In this document: piece after piece, positions 20,407-28,310 of the stretch | Layout: each line of letters opens with the position of its first letter | Numbering within the stretch: position 1 is the first letter of the stretch | Assembly (NCBI GenBank): GCA_044226545.1 | Contig: JBGAGW010000001.1 | Coordinates: forward strand, 199,844 to 263,843 | Direction of reading: 5' to 3' | Source of the DNA: Limisphaerales bacterium | GTDB taxonomy: Bacteria; Verrucomicrobiota; Verrucomicrobiia; Limisphaerales; SXQI01 | DNA length: 64,000 nucleotides | The notes under the pieces: generated by a model | Told to the model about the DNA's origin: nothing | What the model saw: only the letters and a program-made list of their open reading frames with translations | Database searches by the model: none | Program-made: the position numbers and the translations under genes

Positions 20407-20709
20407 CTAGCGGGTTTGGCTGCGCCGAGAAATCCAATAGTGGGGTTTGCGAGCGTGATGAGCTACCGCCAATATCCAAAGCGTTTGGCCGCGCGCAATG
20501 TAGGAGAGGTAATATGGAAAGACTCGCAGATTAATGCGGCGGTATCCTCCTGGACGTATTCGATGTAGCTCTGGGTGGTTCGCAACCCACAAAACACAGC
20601 GATCTAACTCGCCCTTAAACCGTGTTCCCAACCCGGCGTGCACCTTTTCATAATCAGAGATCGCATCCAGGAATTCGGCTTTCGCCTCTTCAACGAAACG
20701 GATGGTCAC
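20407..20709 (-). CDS. RelE/ParE-family toxin
   Basis: 'IRFVEEAKAEFLDAISDY...YRRINLRVFPYYLSYIARGQTLWILAVAHHARKPHYW'. Confidence 0.8.
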   Translation of the reverse strand: MTIRFVEEAKAEFLDAISDYEKVHAGLGTRFKGELDRCVLWVANHPELHRIRPGGYRRINLRVFPYYLSYIARGQTLWILAVAHHARKPHYWISRRSQTR

Positions 20710-20939
20710 GGAGCCAGACGCGTTTCCGCTTCACGCATTGCATCCTCATAAGCAATACCAGAGATTTGACCTTGCTCGATCGCCAGAACGCGGCGGCGAA
20801 TTTCAACATCCCATTCAGCCTCGGCCTCCGGGTCAGTGTATCCGTCAGTGCTTTCAAGCAGAAATCCGGCAAGCACTAGCCGTTCACGTGGTGCCAGTTC
20901 AAGCGCGTCCTTTGTGATCTCGTCGAGTGCTTTAGGCAT
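20706..20939 (-). CDS. Putative addiction-module antitoxin component
   Basis: 'MPKALDEITKDALELAPRERLVLAGFLLES...EAEWDVEIRRR'. 4-nt overlap with the toxin gene. Start taken at ATG 20939. Confidence 0.7.
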   Translation of the reverse strand: MPKALDEITKDALELAPRERLVLAGFLLESTDGYTDPEAEAEWDVEIRRRVLAIEQGQISGIAYEDAMREAETRLAP

Positions 20940-21185
20940 GGGGGAAGCGTGGCAAAGGGGTTGTTCGCGGTCAAGCGCTTCAGTTACCGAGCGTGATTGA
21001 TGATTGAAAGTGCGGGGCAGGTCCGATCTGACGAGAAGGGCCGGAGTTGAAAAATTTGAAGCGGCGACACCACTTTCGCGCGCTCTATTTCCCCGGAATC
21101 CAAAGCGGCGTGGCGCTTCGCTTCCCGCCGCACTCCACATGGCTCTCACTTTAAATCGCACCTTCAGTTACCTCCCAGCCGCGAA

Positions 21186-23651
21186 TCAATGGTTGAAGAG
21201 AAATTCTTTGGAGTTGAGAAGAGCCCAGATGAGGTCTTCGTAGGCGGCGCGTTTGGCTTTGGCGTCGGGTTGGGCGAGGTGCTTGAGAGCGACTTCAGCT
21301 TCAGCCTCAGTGGCGGGACGTGCGAAAGCGAGTTGGTAGAGTTCGTCGACTTTGGCGCGGTCGGAGCGGATAGAATCGGAGGCGAGTTGGGCGGCGCGGC
21401 CTTTGTCGGTGGAGAGCTTTTCCTGGATGCCTTTGGCGTTCAGGAGGTGAAGGCTCTGGGCAAGGCTGGCGTCCTGAGAGCGTTCGCATTCACAGGCGCT
21501 GGAAGATTCGGGACGGCCGAAGACGGTGAAGAAATAGGTGCTGGCGTTAAAGCTGTTGTCAGGAAGTTGAATCGCTCGTGTGCCGGTGGGCAGGCCGGAG
21601 AATTCGGAGCCGGTCATGGTGACGGAGTCAACAGAGTCGTAGAGAACTTCCGCGGTGAGCCGCTTGGGGTAGTAGCGCGAAAAGTTTTGTTTATCACCGC
21701 GGTTGAATTCGTTCGGAAGAGCGCTGAGTTGGTAGGTGCTGGAGGTGGTGATGTTGCGAATGAGCGCTTTGAGGTCGTAACCGCTTTTCACGAATGAATC
21801 GGCGAGGGCCTGGAGCAATTCGGGATTGGTCGGAGGATTGGTTTCGCGCATGTCGTCCTCAGGTTCAACCAGGCCGCGATTGAAGAAATGCTTCCAGTAG
21901 CGGTTCACAACGGCCTTGGCAAAGTAGGGATTCTTCGGCGAGGTCATCCAAGCGGCGAGCGTGGAACGAGGATCGTCATCAGAGGAAATTTCGGCCAGAG
22001 GTGCGCCAAGACCAGCGGGAGGTTCCGGTAGTTTGGTCTTTTTGTTTGTGGCTTCAGGTTTGCCGCGTTTGTGGAAGATAATTTCCTCGCCGCTTTCGCG
22101 TCCGCCTTTGCGACCGACACGTGAGAAGAACGCGGCAAAACGATAATAGTCCTGCTGGCTCCATTTCTCGTAAGGATGGTGGTGGCATTGGGCGCATTGG
22201 AGGCGCATACCGAGAAAGAGTTGGGCAGTGTCTTCGAGTTGTGTGGTGGTTTCGCGGACCTGACGATACCACGCGACCGGTGGATTCTGGGAGATTTCAC
22301 CGGACGCAGTGAGCAGTTCACGGACAAAAGCATCGTACGGTTTGTTCTCCATGAGGCTATCGCGAACCCAGTCGTAGAAGGCGAAAGTGCCGTTGGTGTA
22401 TTTCGCGTCCTTGCGTTTGTTGCGGAGGAGCGCGGCCCATTTGTTAGCGAAGTAATCAGCGTAATCGGTGCTGGCGAGGAGGTGATCGACCAGAGCTTCG
22501 CGTTTGCCGGTGGAAGCGTCCGATAAGAACTGCTCGGTTTCTTTTGCCGTGGGGATGCGGCCCGCGATATCAACGGTCACCCGGCGGATGAACGTGCTGT
22601 CGTCGCAAACATCGGAGGGAGGCATGCCGATGGAGCGCAGTTTCCGGAAGACCTGGTCGTCGATGAAATTGCGGGCCGCGGGCATTCGGGCAATAGCCGC
22701 GCCGAGGGGGATGGTGGAGCGGAAGACGGCGACCTTGGATTGATAACGAATCATAACCGTAGCGTCGCCAGGTACTTGTTGAACCTGGACGAACCCTGTC
22801 GCATCCACTTTGGCCATGTCCTTCTCGTTGGATTCGAAGAGCGCGCCGCGTGTCACGTCTTCGACGTGTCCATCGGTATATTTTGCCAGCACGGCCAATT
22901 GTTGCTCGCCGCCGAGGGACATGATGCGCTCGCGCGGGAAGACTTCAATTGCTTGGACTGTAGGGGCTTGTTTGTCGCCGGGAGGCATCCCCTGCTCTAT
23001 CCAGCGAACCAGAAGACGATAATCGTCAGAATCGGCATCGAGCCGTTTTCCTCCGCCATGCGGCAGTTCGCCGGTGGCTTTCAGAAGAAGGAGACTACGC
23101 TCGGGCGCGGCGGGAAATAGCCGGCGTCCACGGCTTTCGTTGACCAAATGGTCGTAATCTTCCTGCGGTTCGAAGCCGAGCAGTGAAAGGCGAAAGCCGT
23201 TTTGGCCTGCGGCTTTTCCATGGCAGCCGCCTCCGTTGCAACCACCTTTGGTGAAAATCGGCACGACCTGGTTCGCGAAATGGATCGGACGGGTGTTTTC
23301 GAAGTCCTGAACGGTAACGGGAAGTCGCGCTTCAGAGCCGGATTCGAGACGGGCGACAAGAGTGGTCTTTCCGTTTTTTAACGGGACGATCATGCCGTTT
23401 GCGGCCTGGATAATTCCGGGAGGTTCGGCGGAATAGGAAGCGCGGTGAGTGGCGTCGCGGGTGCCGTCCTCGGTCAGGAGGATTTGGCGGCGAGCGTCGG
23501 AACCGTGGAGAACGAGTTCGCCGTTTTCGAAGGGGAGGCTGGAGGGGGAATCGAATCGGAGAGAAGCCGCATTGGCGGCGAGTGAAACGAAAGCTGCAAG
23601 TAATCCGAGTGTAGCAGCCGACGTAAGGAGGCTCATTATTCGAAATGACAT
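21186..23651 (-). CDS. DUF1549/DUF1553 (PSCyt2/PSD1) domain protein
   Basis: 'GGCNGGGCHGKAAGQNGFRLSLLGF', 'LQCAQCHHHPYEKWSQQDYY', signal peptide 'MSLLTSAATLGLLAAFVSLAANA'. Confidence 0.85.
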   Translation of the reverse strand: MSFRIMSLLTSAATLGLLAAFVSLAANAASLRFDSPSSLPFENGELVLHGSDARRQILLTEDGTRDATHRASYSAEPPGIIQAANGMIVPLKNGKTTLVARLESGSEARLPVTVQDFENTRPIHFANQVVPIFTKGGCNGGGCHGKAAGQNGFRLSLLGFEPQEDYDHLVNESRGRRLFPAAPERSLLLLKATGELPHGGGKRLDADSDDYRLLVRWIEQGMPPGDKQAPTVQAIEVFPRERIMSLGGEQQLAVLAKYTDGHVEDVTRGALFESNEKDMAKVDATGFVQVQQVPGDATVMIRYQSKVAVFRSTIPLGAAIARMPAARNFIDDQVFRKLRSIGMPPSDVCDDSTFIRRVTVDIAGRIPTAKETEQFLSDASTGKREALVDHLLASTDYADYFANKWAALLRNKRKDAKYTNGTFAFYDWVRDSLMENKPYDAFVRELLTASGEISQNPPVAWYRQVRETTTQLEDTAQLFLGMRLQCAQCHHHPYEKWSQQDYYRFAAFFSRVGRKGGRESGEEIIFHKRGKPEATNKKTKLPEPPAGLGAPLAEISSDDDPRSTLAAWMTSPKNPYFAKAVVNRYWKHFFNRGLVEPEDDMRETNPPTNPELLQALADSFVKSGYDLKALIRNITTSSTYQLSALPNEFNRGDKQNFSRYYPKRLTAEVLYDSVDSVTMTGSEFSGLPTGTRAIQLPDNSFNASTYFFTVFGRPESSSACECERSQDASLAQSLHLLNAKGIQEKLSTDKGRAAQLASDSIRSDRAKVDELYQLAFARPATEAEAEVALKHLAQPDAKAKRAAYEDLIWALLNSKEFLFNH

Positions 23652-23713
23652 CCTCGCACCCGAAAAAATCTGAGCCTCCTTACGTCGGCTCCTACAAGGA
23701 AGAGACTGGTCCA

Positions 23714-25048
23714 TCAAATCAGTTCCTTCATCGGTTGGGCGCCGCCTTCAACAAGGTATTGGGGACGACCGGAGAGATCGGGCAAAGTTACTTTGTTCAC
23801 GTCGAGCCCAAGGTTGTTGTAGAGCGTGGCGAAGATTTCGCCGAAGGCAACCGGGCGTTCCGAAGGCTCACCGCCGAGACGATCCGTTGCGCCGATGACC
23901 TGGCCGGTTTTCATGCTGCCACCCGCAAGCAACGCGCAAGTGACACGCGGCCAATGATCGCGTCCGGCATCCTTATTTATCGTCGGTGAACGTCCGAATT
24001 CGCCCATGCAAATGACGGAGACATCCTTGTCCAGACCGCGGTCGTGCAAATCTTGAACAAGAGCACTGAGAGCTTGATCGAGGAGAGGAAGGTCGTTTCG
24101 GGCGTTCCCGAAATTGTTGCCGTGATAATCCCAAAATCCGTAAGCGAGCGTGACGACGCGGGCGCCGGCTTCAACAAGACGGCGCGCGACGAGGAATTGC
24201 TCGTTGAGCATCGGTGCGGCATCGCCGTGCACCTTGGCGTCGCCTTTGCCGTAACGTTCGATAAGCGCGGGCTTTTCTTTTTGGAAATCGAGAGCTTCGA
24301 GCAATTTGCTGGAGGTCAGAACGCCCAGAGCTTGCTGATTGAAAGCGTCCATGCCGTCCATGAGCCCACTCGCATCGAGATCACGACGGAGTCGGTCAAC
24401 TTGCGCGAGCAGGTTCCGGCGATCTGCGAGCCGTTCGAGCGACACGCCGTTCAGAACCATGTCGAGTTTGCCATCACCACTCGGGCGGAAGGAACTGTGC
24501 CCGACACCAGCGTAGCCTGCGTTCGAAGCGTTGTAGGGCATGTGCTGCATTTTCGGTTCGAGCCCGATGAAAGGCGGGATCGAAGGGTCTGCAGCGCCCA
24601 TGAGTTTTGAAATTGTCGCCCCAAAGGTCGGCCACCCCCCTGCGGGTTGGTTGTTCTTGCGCCGACCGGTCATGCACATGAAATCAGAATGATCGTCGAC
24701 CGCGTCCGAGATACTCCGCACGAGCGCGAACTTATCCATCATCGCCGCGAGACGCGGGAGATGTTCGCAAATTTGAATGCCGGGAACGTTGGTCGAGATC
24801 GGTTTAAATTCGCCGCGGATTTCGGAAGGTGCGTCGAGCTTAAGATCGAAACTGTCCTGGTGCGGCGGCCCGCCAGGCAGATAGACCATAATCACGGACT
24901 TTTGCCGCTGGCGCGATTGAGCGGCCGCCTCGGCACGGAAAAGATCAGAAAGAGCGAGAGCGCCGAGACCGAGACCCCCGATGCGGAGAAAACCGCGGCG
25001 GCTGATTGAATCGCAAAATCTGTTGGAGCGTCCCTGGATCGTGAGCAT
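23714..25048 (-). CDS. DUF1501 (sulfatase-like) protein, Tat signal
   Basis: 'SRRGFLRIGGLGLGALA', 'GEFGRSPTINKDAGRDHW'. Confidence 0.85.
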   Translation of the reverse strand: MLTIQGRSNRFCDSISRRGFLRIGGLGLGALALSDLFRAEAAAQSRQRQKSVIMVYLPGGPPHQDSFDLKLDAPSEIRGEFKPISTNVPGIQICEHLPRLAAMMDKFALVRSISDAVDDHSDFMCMTGRRKNNQPAGGWPTFGATISKLMGAADPSIPPFIGLEPKMQHMPYNASNAGYAGVGHSSFRPSGDGKLDMVLNGVSLERLADRRNLLAQVDRLRRDLDASGLMDGMDAFNQQALGVLTSSKLLEALDFQKEKPALIERYGKGDAKVHGDAAPMLNEQFLVARRLVEAGARVVTLAYGFWDYHGNNFGNARNDLPLLDQALSALVQDLHDRGLDKDVSVICMGEFGRSPTINKDAGRDHWPRVTCALLAGGSMKTGQVIGATDRLGGEPSERPVAFGEIFATLYNNLGLDVNKVTLPDLSGRPQYLVEGGAQPMKELI

Positions 25049-25057
25049 GCGCAGTCC

Positions 25058-26401
25058 TTAACCGACCAACTCCTTCATCGGCTGCGCACCACCTTCGACG
25101 AGGAACTGCGGGCGTCCGGAGAAATCGGGAATCGTCACTTTGTTTACGTCGATATCGAGTCGCTGATAAAGGGTGGCAAACACTTCGGAGAAGGCGACCG
25201 GACGTTCGGAGGCTTCACCGCCGAGACGATCGGTGGCGCCGATTACCTGCCCGTGATGCATCCCACCGCCAGCCAGCATCGCGCACGAAACGCGCGGCCA
25301 ATGGTCCCGACCACCATCTTTGTTAATGGTCGGGGTACGGCCGAATTCGCCCCACATCACGACGGAGACATCTTTGTCGAGACCGCGTTCGTGCAAATCA
25401 CGAATGAGCGCGCTGATTCCCTGGTCGAGCAATGGCAGATCCTGGCGGAGCGCGCCGAAATTATCGCCGTGATGATCCCAACGGCTGAACGCGACCGTCA
25501 CACAGCGAGCACCGGCTTCGACGAGACGCCGGGCGAGGAGAAAATGTTCCATCAATTTCGGGCCGCCATCATCGCGGTTCCGCTCGTCGCCTTTGCCGTA
25601 CATCGCGACGACTTTCGGATCTTCGTTTTTGATATCGAGCGCTTCCATCAGCTTGCTCGAGGTGAGAATGCCGAAAGCCTGCTGATTGTAAGCATCCAAG
25701 CCATCCATCATACCGCTGGAATCGACGTCGCGGCGAAAACGATCCAGCGAAGAAAGGAGAGCGCGACGATCTGACAACCGGTCGAGCGTGATGCCGTTCA
25801 GCACCATGTCCTCTTTGCCACCGCCTTTGTTCGGTTGGAACGTGGCGTACGCAGCACCGAGAAAACCAGGATCACCGCTGCGCGCCCATTCCATGTGCCC
25901 CATCTTGGGAGCCAGACCGATGTTTGGAGGAATGGTTTGGTTTACCGGGCCTTCGAGTTTGGCGAGAACCGAACCCAGGCAAGGCCAACCACCGGGCGGT
26001 TGGTTGCGACTGGTTCGACCGGTTAAACATTGAAAAGCATCGTGATCATCCAGGGCGCCGACCATCGAACGAATAATCGTGGTCTTATCCGTAAGCTCGG
26101 CCAAACGAGGCAGATGTTCGCAAATCCGAATCCCGGGAACGGCAGTCGGAATGGTTTTGAACTCGCCACGAATTTCCGCCGGAGCGTCCGCTTTTAAATC
26201 AAAGATATCCTGGTGAGAAGGGCCTCCCGGAAGGAAAATCATGATCACCGCTTTGTGGGATTTTCCGATTTGGGCGGCTGCTTCGGCCCGAAGGAGTTGC
26301 GCCAAACTGAGGCCGCCCAAGCCGAGTGCGCCGATCTTCAGGAAGTTACGGCGCGACACCCCGTCACAGAAACGGGACCTGCTCCCATTGATGGTCAACA
26401 T
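25058..26401 (-). CDS. DUF1501 (sulfatase-like) protein, tandem paralog
   Basis: 'SRRNFLKIGALGLGGLS', 'GEFGRTPTINKDGGRDHW'. Roughly two-thirds identical to the neighbour by eye. Confidence 0.85.
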   Translation of the reverse strand: MLTINGSRSRFCDGVSRRNFLKIGALGLGGLSLAQLLRAEAAAQIGKSHKAVIMIFLPGGPSHQDIFDLKADAPAEIRGEFKTIPTAVPGIRICEHLPRLAELTDKTTIIRSMVGALDDHDAFQCLTGRTSRNQPPGGWPCLGSVLAKLEGPVNQTIPPNIGLAPKMGHMEWARSGDPGFLGAAYATFQPNKGGGKEDMVLNGITLDRLSDRRALLSSLDRFRRDVDSSGMMDGLDAYNQQAFGILTSSKLMEALDIKNEDPKVVAMYGKGDERNRDDGGPKLMEHFLLARRLVEAGARCVTVAFSRWDHHGDNFGALRQDLPLLDQGISALIRDLHERGLDKDVSVVMWGEFGRTPTINKDGGRDHWPRVSCAMLAGGGMHHGQVIGATDRLGGEASERPVAFSEVFATLYQRLDIDVNKVTIPDFSGRPQFLVEGGAQPMKELVG

Positions 26402-26596
26402 GTTATCTCCTGCGGCATGCGAAACTGAAACGGGCTTACGGCTTTATGGCAGAAATCTCATGGCTTTGCAAGGCGCGAAATTGGACGAATCTCGGGGGTT
26501 TGGAATTCAACCAGGATGTCGGTTTGTGCAGTCCGTTTCCGGCTCGGGCCTTTTGTCTTATCGCGTCTCAGGACGTGAATAGGACACACGAGACGC

Positions 26597-26654
26597 CGGC
26601 CCAAAGGGCCGGAAGAAACAGCCCAAGGCTGAGGCCGCGGGCCGATGCCTTGGG
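26597..26654. repeat. REP-like double-hairpin element, left arm of an inverted pair flanking the IS200-like/RAYT gene
   Basis: CGGCCCAAAGGGCCGGAAGAAACAGCCCAAGGCTGAGGCCGCGGGCCGATGCCTTGGG. The reverse complement of 27229-27286 matches it with a few mismatches. Confidence 0.85.
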
Positions 26655-26734
26655 TAGATCGGCACCAAATACCCGGCCTGAAAGGCCGGCGGAGTTCTCT
26701 CGCGTATCCCAACACCTTTCGCCACCATGTCGCC

Positions 26735-27187
26735 ATGCCGCAATCTCTCGCTAAAATTTATATCCACCTCATCTTTTCCACCAAAAATCGGGAGCGGCTG
26801 ATTCCCGAGCACATCAGATCCGATCTACATAGCTATACGGGCGGCATTCTTCGCGAACTGGGATGCAACCCAGTCGAAATTAATACCGAGGCGGATCACG
26901 CGCATTTGCTCTTCACCTTATCCCGGACCGAATCGATCAGCACGGTGGTGGGGCAAGTAAAGAAAGGATCGAACGATTGGTTGCGCACGCGAGGTCACGA
27001 GTTCTCGAACTTTTATTGGCAAGGTGGCTATGGTGTCTTCTCAATCAGTCAGTCGGCTGTTGATGAAGTGCGCGAGTATATCCGGAACCAACCGGAGCAT
27101 CATAAACGTATTTCGTTTCAGGAGGAATTCCGGGCGTTTTTGCGGCGGTATCAACTGGAGTTCGACGAACGATACGTGTGGGATTGA
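26735..27187 (+). CDS. IS200-like Y1 (HUH) transposase / REP-associated tyrosine transposase (RAYT)
   Basis: 'MPQSLAKIYIHLIFSTKNRERLI...EADHAHLLFTLSRTESISTVVGQVKKGSNDWL...YWQGGYGVFSIS'. Confidence 0.85.
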   Translation: MPQSLAKIYIHLIFSTKNRERLIPEHIRSDLHSYTGGILRELGCNPVEINTEADHAHLLFTLSRTESISTVVGQVKKGSNDWLRTRGHEFSNFYWQGGYGVFSISQSAVDEVREYIRNQPEHHKRISFQEEFRAFLRRYQLEFDERYVWD

Positions 27188-27228
27188 TTCTCGCGCGCCT
27201 TCAGCGCGCCGTCCCTCCTACCTCCAAA

Positions 27229-27286
27229 CCCAAGGCATCGGCCTATGGCCTCAGCCTTGGGCTGTTTCTTTCGGCCCTTTGGGCCG
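27229..27286. repeat. REP-like double-hairpin element, right arm (inverted copy of 26597-26654)
   Basis: CCCAAGGCATCGGCCTATGGCCTCAGCCTTGGGCTGTTTCTTTCGGCCCTTTGGGCCG. Confidence 0.85.
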
Positions 27287-27472
27287 ACTTTTTTCTGTCT
27301 CACGATTTCAATAGACAAATGATACGCCCCGTCCGCGACATTATTCTGTCGAAGATTTTTGTCCGTTTCAATTGAGAAGGACTGCGGGCCACCCTTCCGG
27401 ACGGGACTTCCTTAGGCTTTGCGCAAACAACAGTAGCTAATGCTCCTTTCCTGTTTCATTTTGCGAAGGCAA

Positions 27473-28087
27473 TTAGTTAGGTTCCTTGGGCAATTTGAAG
27501 ATTGTAACAGGATTAACGAAACCTCTGATTTCCTGAGCCCAAGGTCCTTGAATGCGCTCAAAAAGGGACCGATTCTTCTCCTCGGCTGAACCCAGCCCAC
27601 TAGCCGCTTTCAAGTCCTCGTAGAACGACGCATTCATAATAATCTCGCCTCGTCGTGCGACAGCTATTAGGCGTGCTGTAAGATCGATGTCCTTGCCGTA
27701 AACGTCGTTACGGCTATCTGCCGAGAACGTGATATCATAAACATCCTGGCATTTCGTGAAGGCGCCTTTGACCTCGGGCAGCTTCCCACCGTTCAGACGT
27801 TGCGTTGCGGCAAGTCCGTGAAAGATATGCCAAGGTTCGGAGACTGTTTGAAAGTTCGGAAACCAGAACATCAACAAATCACCGATCGTCTTCAGATACC
27901 TCACACTTGTCCAAGCCCTCGTGATGCTAAACGTCTCGGCGATGTCTTTGATCCATTTGCCAGGAGGCTGATTCTTCAGCTTTACGGAATCCGTAATGTC
28001 GACCATCAGACAAAAGCCGGAAACGGGCTTTAGCGTTGCGATGTCTTGTTCAAAGCTTGGTTCATTGCCTGAAATAAGTTTGCTCAA
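27473..28087 (-). CDS. Stand-alone minimal class III nucleotidyl cyclase-homology-domain protein (204 aa)
   Basis: 'FCLMVDITDSVKL', 'LKTIGDLLMFWF', 'DVYGKDIDLTARLIAVARRGEIIMNASFYEDL' and '...IRGFVNPVTIFKL' follow the cyclase catalytic-domain pattern. Sampled 60-nt stretches are ~42-43% GC versus ~52-55% in samples elsewhere. Confidence 0.6.
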   Translation of the reverse strand: MSKLISGNEPSFEQDIATLKPVSGFCLMVDITDSVKLKNQPPGKWIKDIAETFSITRAWTSVRYLKTIGDLLMFWFPNFQTVSEPWHIFHGLAATQRLNGGKLPEVKGAFTKCQDVYDITFSADSRNDVYGKDIDLTARLIAVARRGEIIMNASFYEDLKAASGLGSAEEKNRSLFERIQGPWAQEIRGFVNPVTIFKLPKEPN

Positions 28088-28310
28088 AACAGGAGTTTCT
28101 TAGCTGTTTGGTGCGCTGTTTTCAAGGTCGCTTTGAGAAGGGTTTGCGTCTCCCGGTTTGTGGAACTGAAATTTGCTCAGAAGGCCGTCTCACCCTGTGC
28201 CCTTGCCAGATCGCTTAAAGATCAAAATGACACGACCTCTTCAGCGAACGATTCTTCTGTCCCGGGAATTTTGTCCGGTTTAATCATCCGGCGGGTCTTT
28301 ACCTGCAAAA

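Noticed and set aside
27473-28087. Calling the orphan cyclase a complete Pycsar or CBASS system.
   Set aside because: No adjacent effector ORF exists and the protein has no CD-NTase features. Only the cyclase-domain resemblance is supported.
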